The notes: a model not told the origin generated them from the letters alone. Positions 1 through 9,146 are shown, numbered from the stretch's first letter. The stretch: DNA of 64,000 nucleotides from Acidimicrobiia bacterium (GCA_041576165.1 JBFGLM010000009.1:1-64000); one strand, 5' to 3'. A program made the numbers and translations.

Positions 1-1180
1 ACCCGGGCCGGCCGGCGTCGACCCACTGGGCGAATGCAGCGTCGTTCCCGATGTCGAAGCCGGCAGCCTGCGAAGCGACATAGCGATAATGGAGGAAGTC
101 GCAGTAGCCCTGAATCGGATCTCCTGACGGATTCTCCGCCCGGATCCGGTCGAGCAGGGGCTCAAATTGCGACACCCGCCACTGAATCGCCGCCACTGCT
201 TTGCCAGAGCCGGTGGCCGCGTCGCGGTCGGCCGCGAAATAGTGCAGGTCGCTGAGGATCTGGCGGGCCTGCCACTCAGACGCCTCCAACCCGGTCAGCT
301 CCCGCAGCCGGGCCGTGTTGTACACGCGGCCGCCCACGATCGGCCGCATGCGCAGCTTGGTCCCGCCGTCAACCGGAATGAGGTCGACCTCGTCCACCGT
401 GAACCCCAACTCGTTGAGCCGCCGGATCCGCTCCGTGATCTTGTACCGCTCCTCGGCTCCGATCACGATCTCGCTGGTCGTCTCATCCCACAGCCAGTGG
501 TACCAATCGGCGATCTCTTCGCCGAGTCCCAGGTCGGCGTCGTCGATGTCGGCACCCTGGGAAGCTGCGATGTCTGCCATGCCGCCCGCAACGTTGACGA
601 TCATGATCTCGACGTCTTCGTGCCGCTGGCCGTCGGTCAGGCGGTCGTGGATCTCGGCGGTTTCCGCGTCGACCATGAGGGCTTCGATGGCCATCGCGTC
701 CCATCGGTACAGGACGTTCGAGAGCGAGCAGTCGCCCCAGAAACAGCCGGCGACGTGCAACTCGACGAGCAGCCCGGCGAAGGCTGCCAGCATCTGGCGC
801 CGCCGCGGCCCGAACCCGGGGCCCTCGAGTAGTTCCCGATACGAGAACGAGAAATCAACGTATTTGGTGATCAGGGCGGCGGCTCGTTCCTCGGTTGGGT
901 CATCGCTCCGCTGTTCGACCAGCGCTACGGCGGTGACGGCCGGTGCTGCTGAGTCCTCGAGGGCGCGCAGGACCTGGTAGTCGGTGCGGGCCGGCTCTGT
1001 GGGCAGCTCCTTGACCGCATAGATGCCCTGGTCGTAGCCGAGGAACCGCACCTCGTGGCGTGAGATGCCCTTGGGAAGATCGATCAGGCGTGGGGTGTCC
1101 CACTTCACGATCGACCGGTCCCACGGCAGGTCGAGGAAATCGGGATGTCCCGCGCGCACGGTCAGTGTGAAGTCGCCCAT
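1..1180 (-). CDS. DUF4032 / LPS-kinase-like family protein, 3' end runs off the window
   Basis: Absent from the ORF track because no stop lies in the window. Manual translation from ATG at 1180: MGDFTLTVRAGHPDFLDLPWDRSIVKW..KGISRHEVRF..YAVKELP..ERIRRLNELGFTVDE, matching actinobacterial DUF4032 proteins from memory. Confidence 0.8.
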   Translation of the reverse strand, partial: MGDFTLTVRAGHPDFLDLPWDRSIVKWDTPRLIDLPKGISRHEVRFLGYDQGIYAVKELPTEPARTDYQVLRALEDSAAPAVTAVALVEQRSDDPTEERAAALITKYVDFSFSYRELLEGPGFGPRRRQMLAAFAGLLVELHVAGCFWGDCSLSNVLYRWDAMAIEALMVDAETAEIHDRLTDGQRHEDVEIMIVNVAGGMADIAASQGADIDDADLGLGEEIADWYHWLWDETTSEIVIGAEERYKITERIRRLNELGFTVDEVDLIPVDGGTKLRMRPIVGGRVYNTARLRELTGLEASEWQARQILSDLHYFAADRDAATGSGKAVAAIQWRVSQFEPLLDRIRAENPSGDPIQGYCDFLHYRYVASQAAGFDIGNDAAFAQWVDAGRPG

Positions 1181-1234
1181 GTCCGACGCGATTGTGGCAC
1201 CTCCGCGCAGGCGCCAGTGCGTGGCGGGCGGCGC

Positions 1235-1546
1235 CTAGGAGGTCTGCCCGGCGGTCTCCGTCAACGCTGCGACGAGGTCCCCCACAGCTGCTGGAGTTGG
1301 CCGGGTCCGGCTCTTCACCAGGTCGCTTTCGATGCGTGCGGAGAACTGGTCGAGACCGCCGAACGTGGCATTGCGGCCCCGAGATGTGAGGTATCGAGCT
1401 GGGCCCGGCCGTCGCTCGACATGACCGAGCCGCTCGAGGTCGCGCGCGAACGCGCCCGTCGACTGTTTGATGATCCCGGCCCGCCCCCGTGGAAGGAAAT
1501 CCTCGAACTGGCCGGCTGGGTGTGGAGTAGGCGGATCTCCCGGCAC
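1235..1546 (-). pseudogene. Degenerate MarR-family winged-helix regulator remnant
   Basis: RAGIIKQSTGAFARDLERLGHVERRPGP-ARYLTSRGR resembles the MarR HTH-wing. The D-x-R wing segment is missing and the N-terminus is unrecognisable. Confidence 0.5.
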
Positions 1547-1605
1547 CGACCTGATCGCCGGCCGGATGGCGAAGGCGCGGTGACAGCCCGGTACCCTTCG
1601 GGCCG

Positions 1606-2235
1606 GTGGAGGTCCTTCTCTTTGATTTTGGCGGCGTCGTCATCAAGACGCCGTTCGAATTGGTGCCGCGGCTGGAGCGGCGGCTGGGACTTGATCCGAT
1701 GGGCTGGTACGGCCCGTTCGATCCGGCCCAAGATCCGCTGTGGCTGCGGCTGAGCCGGCGCGAGATCACGGAACGCGAATACTGGCGGCGGCGCTCGCTG
1801 GAGTTGGCGCCGGTGCTGGGGTCGGATACCGACCCGGTCCGTTCCTTATTCGAGGCGATGTATGACCTGGATGAATCCGACATCGTCCGGCCCGAGATGC
1901 GAGCGCTCATCGATCGTGCCGCCGACTCAAAGCGGCTCGCGGTGCTCACCAACGATCTCGGGCGATTTCACAGCCGGGAGTGGAAGGCCCGGATGTCGAT
2001 CCTGGGCCGGTTCGAAGCGGTGATCGACCTGTCGGAGCGAGGCGTGCTCAAGCCGCATCCAGACGCATACGAAATAGCGCTGGCGGAGCTCGGCGTGTCC
2101 GCACATGACGTACTGTTTGTCGACGACCAGCCGCTCAACGTGGCCGCTGCCCGGGCGGCGGGTCTGCATGCGATCGGGTTCGATGTGACGTCTCCGGCTC
2201 GGTCGGTGGCTGCGGTCGAGCAGGCCCTCGGATGA
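1606..2235 (+). CDS. HAD-IA family hydrolase/phosphatase (DxGGV type)
   Basis: Motifs FDFGGV, LTND, KPHP, FVDD..NV. Confidence 0.85.
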   Translation: MEVLLFDFGGVVIKTPFELVPRLERRLGLDPMGWYGPFDPAQDPLWLRLSRREITEREYWRRRSLELAPVLGSDTDPVRSLFEAMYDLDESDIVRPEMRALIDRAADSKRLAVLTNDLGRFHSREWKARMSILGRFEAVIDLSERGVLKPHPDAYEIALAELGVSAHDVLFVDDQPLNVAAARAAGLHAIGFDVTSPARSVAAVEQALG

Positions 2236-2849
2236 CCAAGGCGCTGTTGTTGGATCTGGACCGGACCCTGGTCGACGTCCAGTCGTTCACCGACTACGAG
2301 GCGGCCGTAGCGGAGCTTCCAGCAGAGCTGGTCGGGGTGGCGGCCCCGACACCGGAGACCGATTGGGGCGCCGCCACGCACCGGGCGATGGAGATACTCG
2401 TGGCGCTGTCTGGCACGGACCGCTGGCAAGAGGCGTCGGACATCATTGAGCGGTATGAGCTGGCGGCCGTGGCGGAGTCGGTGGCCATGCCCGGGGTGCG
2501 TGAGTTCTTGGCGGCGGTCGCCGATATCCCGAAGGTTGTGGTCACGCTGATGGGGCCCGGTGCGGCGCGGGCGACGCTGGATCACCACGGCCTGGGGCTC
2601 CCGAACGTACTCGGCCGGACCGCCGCGCACAGACCGAAGCCTGCGCCCGACCAGGTACTGGCCGGGTGCGAATTGGCCGGGACGGGCCCGTCGGACGTCA
2701 CCATGGTCGGTGACTCGTCCTGGGACGCCGCCGCCGCGGACGCGGCCGGGTGCCGGTTTGTGGGATTGTCCTGGGGCGAGCCCAGCGTGTTTCCGGCAGA
2801 AGCCACGATCGTCCCGGGGCTGGTGGACGCGCTCGAGCTACTGGCCTGA
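2232..2849 (+). CDS. HAD family hydrolase (phosphoglycolate-phosphatase-like)
   Basis: DLDRTL, KPAP, MVGDSSWD; ATGA overlap with the upstream HAD. Confidence 0.85.
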   Translation: MTKALLLDLDRTLVDVQSFTDYEAAVAELPAELVGVAAPTPETDWGAATHRAMEILVALSGTDRWQEASDIIERYELAAVAESVAMPGVREFLAAVADIPKVVVTLMGPGAARATLDHHGLGLPNVLGRTAAHRPKPAPDQVLAGCELAGTGPSDVTMVGDSSWDAAAADAAGCRFVGLSWGEPSVFPAEATIVPGLVDALELLA

Positions 2850-3113
2850 GTTCGGTTCCCGGTTGGAGCTGGGGTAGCGAGAGGGGAGTGCCGGGGTGTT
2901 TTCGTCGTCGACTTCGTGATCAGACGTCTCGAGCTCGTCGATGGTTTCCAGGTGGTCCTGCGTCGGATCGCCGTCCTCGGTGTCCTCCGGGTGGATCTCC
3001 TTGGCCCCGGCCGGACCAACGACGGTGTCGGGTTCGGGGGCTTCCTGCCAGTCCGGAGGGAGCTGGTCGGATTGGTCCCGCTTTGCGCGATCAGTTCTGT
3101 CGTTGTTGCCCAT
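2838..3113 (-). CDS. Small acidic hypothetical protein
   Basis: 91-aa D/E-rich low-complexity ORF filling the gap; no family recognised. Confidence 0.5.
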   Translation of the reverse strand: MGNNDRTDRAKRDQSDQLPPDWQEAPEPDTVVGPAGAKEIHPEDTEDGDPTQDHLETIDELETSDHEVDDENTPALPSRYPSSNREPNSGQ

Positions 3114-3156
3114 ATGTGATCGTTACCCGGCCCGGGCTACCTGCAAACCAGCTTCG

Positions 3157-3417
3157 TTACGCTTCGGGGGAGGGGGGCGGGTCGATCGGCTCGCCCGGGG
3201 CGATCTCACCCGGTTCGGGGACTGCCATGCCTTCTGACCCCGGCCCGGCGGGTCGGGCGCCGGTGGGATATTCGGTCCCGGTCGGTCCAGGCGGAACCGC
3301 GGCCGCATGGTCCTCGCGGGTGAATCGGCCGCGGCGCTGTCGCACCAGCACGGTCACGATGGCAATGAGGGCGATGACGACTGCGACCGCGGCAACGAGA
3401 CCTGGGAATCCACCCAT
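3157..3417 (-). CDS. Small single-pass membrane protein
   Basis: N-terminal hydrophobic helix, then RQRRGR and a Pro-rich tail. Confidence 0.55.
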   Translation of the reverse strand: MGGFPGLVAAVAVVIALIAIVTVLVRQRRGRFTREDHAAAVPPGPTGTEYPTGARPAGPGSEGMAVPEPGEIAPGEPIDPPPSPEA

Positions 3418-3464
3418 GGCGGGTCAATTACCCGTTCGGCCCAATCCCAAACCTCAGGGGTCGA

Positions 3465-4100
3465 TCAAGGGCACGGCCGATCCCACGTGCAGCCGTTGGC
3501 ATCCAGGTTGGCGGCCCATTCCTCACCGTATTGCGCCCGTAGGGCGCCCAGGCTGGCCGCCTCGTCGAGTGAAACCGTCCAGAAGGCGAGTCCCTTCCGG
3601 ATTCAGACCGAAGAACGCCACGTCGGCCGCGACGTCCGGGTGGTTCGGCTCCGCCCAGTCCCGGAACCGATTCGCGTAGGCGTAGTCGGCGACGTCATCG
3701 TCCTCGGTGAAGATTGCGATCCCGCCCGGCTAGACCAGAATCCGGGCCGCAATGGGGACGGATGCCCCCACCGGACCGGCCACCCCGTCGACGTAGAGGT
3801 ACCGGCAGTTGACGGTGCACGTTCCGCGGTCTTCGATCGGTTCTGCGCCACATGCCCGATCGAGGTAGTGGGCACCCTGAGCAATCTGGCAGGTCAGCTC
3901 CTTTTCGAGTTGCTGCAGCGTGATGGAGGATTGAATGCGCAAGCTCGGCTCTTCCGCAAAAACGCCGAGCATGGCTGCGACGTCGCGCGTCTCGTAGGCC
4001 TCGAATAGGAATCAAGAGTCCTCAATGCCTGCGCGGCGGTCAATCCGTCGCACGTCTCGTCCCAGGTAGAGCCGTTCGCCGCGAGGTACGCCGCCCACCG
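3465..4100 (-). pseudogene. Disrupted repeat-domain protein (possibly NTF2/SnoaL-like)
   Basis: Stitched frames: WAAYLAANGSTWDETC..LRTLDSY / frameshift / FEAYETRDVAAMLGVFAEE.. in-frame TAG at 3730-3732 ..FRDWAEPNHPDVAAD.. / frameshift / ..EEWAANLDANGCTWDRPCP*. Confidence 0.55.
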
Positions 4101-4170
4101 ACTCGCGGGCTGCCGGTTCGGACATGTGGGGAATGTAGTTGCGGGCCTCTCATAGGGGTTGCCGGCCTGC

Positions 4171-4839
4171 TCAACCAGTCACCAGCTTCGCGGTCCGCTC
4201 TAGAGCGTCGAGGATGAGGTCGAGGCCGAACTCGAATTCGGTGTCGACACTCATTTCAAGTCTGCGGGCATGTTCTCCAATCTCGAGGAGAGAGGGGTAT
4301 TCGTCGGTGATCTGCTCGAGTACGGATCCGTTCGACTCCGTCATCTCCTGCGAGGTGCTGAACGGCAAGCTGATCTCCTGGATGACGTGTCCGTACACGT
4401 AGCTGTCGATCAGCCAGAAGGCATGGGCGGCGTGCTCGATGGGGAAACCCGCCGATCGCAGGTTGCCGAGGATTGTGTCCAGATAGCGCAGGGTGGCGGG
4501 TCCCATCCGCTGCTGGCGAGTTTCAAATAGTCCGATCGCCCACGAATGACGGCGGAACACCTCTCGCGCCGAGACCGCCCGCCGGCGCATCGCCTCTTTC
4601 CAGTCGGCCCCGCCGGCTGGGATCTCGATCTCGGCGACGACCAGCTCAACGATCCCGTCTAGGATCTCGTCTTTTCCGGCGACGTGTTTGTAGAGCGACA
4701 TCGCCTCGACGCCGAGCTCTGCACCCAGGCGGCGCATCGTCAGCGCTCCCAGCCCGTGCCCATCTACCAGGTCGACTGCGGCGCGCAAGATCCGTTCCTT
4801 GGACAGGGGCGGGCGGGGTGAGGTGTTTTGTCCAGACAT
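4171..4839 (-). CDS. TetR family regulator with TetR_C-type domain
   Basis: HTH LTMRRLGAELGVEAMSLYKHV; C-terminal FEFGLDLILDAL. Confidence 0.93.
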   Translation of the reverse strand: MSGQNTSPRPPLSKERILRAAVDLVDGHGLGALTMRRLGAELGVEAMSLYKHVAGKDEILDGIVELVVAEIEIPAGGADWKEAMRRRAVSAREVFRRHSWAIGLFETRQQRMGPATLRYLDTILGNLRSAGFPIEHAAHAFWLIDSYVYGHVIQEISLPFSTSQEMTESNGSVLEQITDEYPSLLEIGEHARRLEMSVDTEFEFGLDLILDALERTAKLVTG

Positions 4840-4844
4840 AACGC

Positions 4845-4885
4845 TTGACAGCTTACTTAGTAAACCATAAGATTACTAAGTAAGC
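4845..4885 (+). promoter_or_regulatory. Sigma70 promoter TTGACA-N17-TAAGAT overlapped by a 13-bp perfect inverted repeat (likely TetR operator)
   Basis: TTGACA 4845-4850, TAAGAT 4868-4873; GCTTACTTAGTAA (4851-4863) and TTACTAAGTAAGC (4873-4885). Confidence 0.8.
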
Positions 4886-4913
4886 CATCCCAGTGGCTGA
4901 CAGGAGGAATTGA

Positions 4914-5408
4914 ATGTCCAGCCGCACCGAGCAGGCACGGACCACCACCGACGGGCGGTTCGAGCCGGCCAACGTCAATGTGAGGATCAAGATCTCGGGG
5001 CTGTGGGCGGCAGTGCTGTTCGTCTTCGCCTACGTCGACATCTTCAGCCTTTACCGGTCCGACGTTCGGGCCGACGTCGCAGCCGGCGAGATCGCCGGGT
5101 TCACCATCAACCAGGCGTTCCTTGTGGGCACCACGATCTACATCCTGCTTCCCTGTCTCATGGTTGTCGGCTCCCTCATCCTGCGGCCGGGAATCAACCG
5201 AATCGCCAACATTGCACTCAGCCTCGTCTATGCATTGACGATCATCGCGGGGGCGATCGGGGAATGGGCCTACTACGTCCTCGGCAGTGCCATCGAGATC
5301 GGTTTGCTCGCATCGATCGTCTACTACGCCTGGACGTGGCCGAGATTGGCTGAACCGGCCGGCGGGCGAGAAACCACACCCGACCGGGCTCAACTCACCA
5401 CCCAATAA
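4914..5408 (+). CDS. Four-TM membrane protein (DUF6326-like)
   Basis: NVRIKISGLWAAVLFVFAYVDIFSLY; SD AGGAGG upstream; divergent from tetR. Confidence 0.75.
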   Translation: MSSRTEQARTTTDGRFEPANVNVRIKISGLWAAVLFVFAYVDIFSLYRSDVRADVAAGEIAGFTINQAFLVGTTIYILLPCLMVVGSLILRPGINRIANIALSLVYALTIIAGAIGEWAYYVLGSAIEIGLLASIVYYAWTWPRLAEPAGGRETTPDRAQLTTQ

Positions 5409-5501
5409 CCAAGGCGGAGAGCTCGCTGGACGGCAAGGCGATGAAATTGCCACCCCACGGAGCCATAGTTCATTGAAGCGGGCCGGCTCGGGTCGGGATC
5501 C

Positions 5502-6122
5502 TCAGCGGGCGCCCAACCGGCGCAGCAACTGGCGGCACGACCTGGCCGGCTCGGTGTGGTCGAAGAAGAACCCTGGCATCCCGACCGCTTCGGCGCCGTG
5601 CACGTTCACCTCCATGTCGTCGATGAACAAACACTGTGCCGGTTCAAGCCGGAGCCGCTCGGCGGCGATCCGGTACGTGTCCGGATGAGGCTTGCGGAGC
5701 CCGAGCGTCTTGACATCGATCAGCTCAGCAAAAAGGTGCCGGTAGGGCCAGGTTTCCCACCAACCGTCTCCCAGCCACGTGCTGGAATCGTTGGATAGCG
5801 TGGCATGGACGAAGACGCCCTGCAGGGTCTCAATCGTGTCCATCACCTCCGGGCGCACCTTGCCGTCCCAGTTCATGCTGGCGTGAAGGGCGATTGGGAA
5901 CCCCCGGCGGGCAGATTCTCTCTCATAGGCCGCCCAGTATTCGGACTCAGTCAGCTCACCCCTCGAGCACCTGGCGTACTCGGCATCGCCCCCACGGGCG
6001 AACGGTCCTCGCGGAAGGGTCCCTGGTGGCCATCCCTTGGCCGCTTCGATCTCGTCGAACAACTCGAATGGCGTCGCGTACACGACGCCGCCCAGGTCCC
6101 AGATCAGAGCCTCCATGTTCAC
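5502..6122 (-). CDS. HAD-IA family hydrolase, paralog of 1606..2235
   Basis: WDLGGV, TPFEL, LSND, KPHP, FIDD; last gene of the meta-cleavage operon. Confidence 0.85.
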   Translation of the reverse strand: MNMEALIWDLGGVVYATPFELFDEIEAAKGWPPGTLPRGPFARGGDAEYARCSRGELTESEYWAAYERESARRGFPIALHASMNWDGKVRPEVMDTIETLQGVFVHATLSNDSSTWLGDGWWETWPYRHLFAELIDVKTLGLRKPHPDTYRIAAERLRLEPAQCLFIDDMEVNVHGAEAVGMPGFFFDHTEPARSCRQLLRRLGAR

Positions 6123-6511
6123 TGGCGCTCCGGGTCGATCTCACCGCGGGCGACGCCGAGCAGGAAGTCGCGCATGGAGGTGACGGCAGGCGGCGGTGGA
6201 AGGTCGACGAACACTTCGCCATCGATCACGGTGACCGGGTACGACTGCAGCTGCCGTGCAGGTTCGCCCAGCTTGCCACCGGTCTCGAGGTCGTAGCGCC
6301 AGAAGTGCATCGGGCACGTGAGCACGCCGTCTTTGGTGATGCCGCCGCCTAGTGGCGACTGCTGGTGCAAGCACGTGCCTTGATAGGCGACCACGCTCCC
6401 TTCCATCCGGGCCACGATCGCGCGGCCACCGGCCACGGTGCGGCACCGATCGGCCGGTAAGTCGGCCAGGGGACCGACCGGGTGTCGCTCAGTACGTGGC
6501 GCCTCAGCCAT
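6119..6511 (-). CDS. Rieske [2Fe-2S] ferredoxin
   Basis: CLHQ...CPMH ligands; YPV..DGEVFV. Confidence 0.88.
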   Translation of the reverse strand: MAEAPRTERHPVGPLADLPADRCRTVAGGRAIVARMEGSVVAYQGTCLHQQSPLGGGITKDGVLTCPMHFWRYDLETGGKLGEPARQLQSYPVTVIDGEVFVDLPPPPAVTSMRDFLLGVARGEIDPERQ

Positions 6512-6722
6512 TGGCCTCCGCCGCGGCCCGTTCGGCCTGGACGACGGTGATCGGTTTGCCGCCCACGCTGTACTGATGCGGCTTCATCTCGTTCACCATG
6601 ATCCGGACCGTCTCGATCGGTGCATCCAGCGAGGATGCGATCGCGCTGGCAACAGCCGCGGCCATCGCCTCGACCCTCTCCGGTGGCCGGCCTTCGACCA
6701 TATTGATGGTGACCAGGGGCAC
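6504..6722 (-). CDS. xylH: 4-oxalocrotonate tautomerase family
   Basis: Catalytic Pro1 (MPLVTINMVEGR), 72 aa, meta-pathway context. Confidence 0.9.
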   Translation of the reverse strand: MPLVTINMVEGRPPERVEAMAAAVASAIASSLDAPIETVRIMVNEMKPHQYSVGGKPITVVQAERAAAEANG

Positions 6723-6752
6723 TCTGCTTTCCTTTCGGTTGACTGCGCGTAT

Positions 6753-7538
6753 CTATTCCACCATCCGGAGGGATGTGGTGCCGAGCCGATCGATTTCGAG
6801 GGTCAATCGTGATCCGGCCGCGAGATCGGTAGGACCGGTCAGGCCGCCCGCGATGACCAGGTTGCCGCGACCGAGACCCTTCCCACGCCGGGCCAGGCTA
6901 CGTACCAGCCAGGCCACGCTGTTGGCCGGATGCGCGGCCACCGCCGCCCCCGCCGCCGTGTGGGCAATGCGGCCATCCACCGACATCACAACCCCAACCG
7001 TCCGGAGGTCGATCGAGCCGGGCCGGGTCAGGGTGCAGCCCAGTGCGACGGCGCCGGACGACGAGTTGTCGGCAGTGTTGTCCGGCGCGAGGAAGCGGAA
7101 CGCCTCGTAGCGCGAGTCCACGATTTCGATGACTGGGACGAGGAACTCCGTGGCGGCGATCACGTCCTGCGCCGAGACGCCGGCGCCGGAGAGAGGGCGG
7201 CCGAGCACGAACCCAATCTCCGGCTCGGCCTTGGGATGGATGAAATCACTCATCGAGGCCACACCGTTGTTCAAGAGCATGGTGTCGGTGAGCCATCCGA
7301 AGTTGGGTGAGTCCACGCCCAGGGCCGCCCGCATGGCCGCCGACGTGAATCCGAGCTTGGCGCCGCAGATCCGCTCGCCGTTCGCCGTGCGAAGTCGCAG
7401 CCCGGCGTCTTGCACTGCGTAGGCATCTGACTGTGTCATGTCCGGCCAGCGTTCGGTCAGCATCGAGGTTGGCCGTCGCTCCAGCCGGGCCAGGTGTAGC
7501 CGGCGAGCCGCTTCGGCGATCGCAACCGGTCCGATCAT
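6753..7538 (-). CDS. 2-keto-4-pentenoate hydratase / 4-oxalocrotonate decarboxylase family (FAH superfamily)
   Basis: GAKLGFTS, HPKAEPEI, EIVDSRY, ADNSS. Confidence 0.88.
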   Translation of the reverse strand: MIGPVAIAEAARRLHLARLERRPTSMLTERWPDMTQSDAYAVQDAGLRLRTANGERICGAKLGFTSAAMRAALGVDSPNFGWLTDTMLLNNGVASMSDFIHPKAEPEIGFVLGRPLSGAGVSAQDVIAATEFLVPVIEIVDSRYEAFRFLAPDNTADNSSSGAVALGCTLTRPGSIDLRTVGVVMSVDGRIAHTAAGAAVAAHPANSVAWLVRSLARRGKGLGRGNLVIAGGLTGPTDLAAGSRLTLEIDRLGTTSLRMVE

Positions 7539-8311
7539 CGCACCGCCAGCTCGATCGAGCCGACTCGATCGATCGTGGCAGACACGACATCCCCGGCAGC
7601 GACTGGAACGGCGGAGGTGAGGGCCCCGGCGAGCACGACGCTACCGGCAGGGAGTGAGCGCCTACGCTCCGCCAGTTTGCCCACAAACCAGGCGACGGCC
7701 GCAGCCGGGTGGCCCAGAACCGCCGCCCCGGCGGCCGCGCCCACCAGCTGCCCGTTCTTTTCGAACACACAGCCGACTGTGCGCAGATCGATTCCATCGA
7801 CCGGCACCCGGGTCCCCCCAAGGGCGAATCGCGCGCCGGAGGCGTTGTCCGCAGTGACATCTGCCAGCGTGAAGCTGTACCCGGCAAACCGGGAGTCGAG
7901 AATATCGATGGCTGGCATCACCGCCGTCGTGGCGGCCAATACTTCGTGGACCCCGACCCGGCCGCTCAGCTCGCGCCCGATCTCAAATGCAATTTCCGGT
8001 TCGGCACGAGGCTGGATGAGCTCGGCAGCCATCAGTGGGTCACCCGGCGCGATGAGGGCACCATCGGTCAGCCAACCGTAGAGCGGCTCGCCAACGTTCA
8101 TTTGATGCTGCTTGGCCCGGCTGGTGAGCCCGAGCTTGGCACAGGCGACGCGCTCTCCCTGCGCGAGGGCCCGGCCGATGAGGTCGTCCTGAATGTCGTA
8201 TGCCTCATCGATCGTGAGGTTCGGGAACTCGTGGGTGAGCGGTGCGAGGGCAGTCCGTTCGCGAACGGCGGCCTCGAGACGGTCGGCGCACGTAGTGAGG
8301 TCGATGCTCAT
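7535..8311 (-). CDS. 4-oxalocrotonate decarboxylase-like (FAH superfamily)
   Basis: KLGLTSRAKQHQM, QPRAEPEIAF, DILDSRF, ADNAS. Confidence 0.88.
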   Translation of the reverse strand: MSIDLTTCADRLEAAVRERTALAPLTHEFPNLTIDEAYDIQDDLIGRALAQGERVACAKLGLTSRAKQHQMNVGEPLYGWLTDGALIAPGDPLMAAELIQPRAEPEIAFEIGRELSGRVGVHEVLAATTAVMPAIDILDSRFAGYSFTLADVTADNASGARFALGGTRVPVDGIDLRTVGCVFEKNGQLVGAAAGAAVLGHPAAAVAWFVGKLAERRRSLPAGSVVLAGALTSAVPVAAGDVVSATIDRVGSIELAVR

Positions 8312-8324
8312 CGCTGAAATGCCC

Positions 8325-9092
8325 TCATGTCATTGTGATCGTGACCGATCCGAGACGGTCGAAATCCGCCCGGATGACATCACCGGCCGCCACGTCCATT
8401 GCCGCATGCAACGCGCCGGTCATCACGAACTGGCCGGGCTCGAGGGTTACACCGTGCGGGCCAAGCGTATTCGCCAGCCAGGCGACGGTCACGACCGGAT
8501 CGCCCAGTGCGGCCGCCCCGGCTCCGGTTGCTTGGATCTCACCGTTGATCGCGAATGTCATCCCGACCAACCGCAGTTCGAAATCCACCGGTACGATCCG
8601 GCTCGCCATCACCACCCCGCCGCACGACGCCAGATCGGCGATCGTGTCGGGCAGCTTGATCCGCCAGTCGACGATCCGCGAGTCGACGATCTCGACCGCG
8701 GCGACCGCACCCCCGATGGCCCGAGCTGCGTCGAGGGTCGTCACGCCGGGACCGGCCAGGGGTCGATCAAGGACAACTGCGATCTCGGCTTCCGCCTTGG
8801 GTGCGATGAGGCCGGCGGCCGCCACTTCGGGCTCGAACACCATCGAGCGTAATACCGGACCGTAGTCGGGCTCGTCCACCCCGATCATCTGCTGCATTGC
8901 CTTGGAGGTGAGCCCGAGTTTCCAGCCCGAGATCATGTCGCCGTCGGCCAGCATCTTGGATACCAACTCCTGCTGGATGGCATACGCGTCGGCTGCGGTC
9001 AGGTCCGGGTCGGTGTCTGTGAACGGCGCAATGGGCTTGCGATTGCGACGGGCCTCATAGAGCGCCTGCGCTCGTTCTGCCGGTGTGGTCAT
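8325..9092 (-). CDS. 2-keto-4-pentenoate hydratase-like
   Basis: Start reassigned to MTTPAERAQ (ATG 9092); GWKLGLTSKAMQQMIGVDEPDYG, EIVDSRI. Confidence 0.88.
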   Translation of the reverse strand: MTTPAERAQALYEARRNRKPIAPFTDTDPDLTAADAYAIQQELVSKMLADGDMISGWKLGLTSKAMQQMIGVDEPDYGPVLRSMVFEPEVAAAGLIAPKAEAEIAVVLDRPLAGPGVTTLDAARAIGGAVAAVEIVDSRIVDWRIKLPDTIADLASCGGVVMASRIVPVDFELRLVGMTFAINGEIQATGAGAAALGDPVVTVAWLANTLGPHGVTLEPGQFVMTGALHAAMDVAAGDVIRADFDRLGSVTITMT

Positions 9093-9146
9093 CGGGCTGC
9101 AGCTCCCTGCCGGATCATCGGTGGACCGTAGCGAGCGCGTTCCGCC

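Noticed and set aside
3730-3732. Programmed TAG readthrough (pyrrolysine)
   Set aside because: Flanking frameshifts indicate decay, and no pyl genes are seen.
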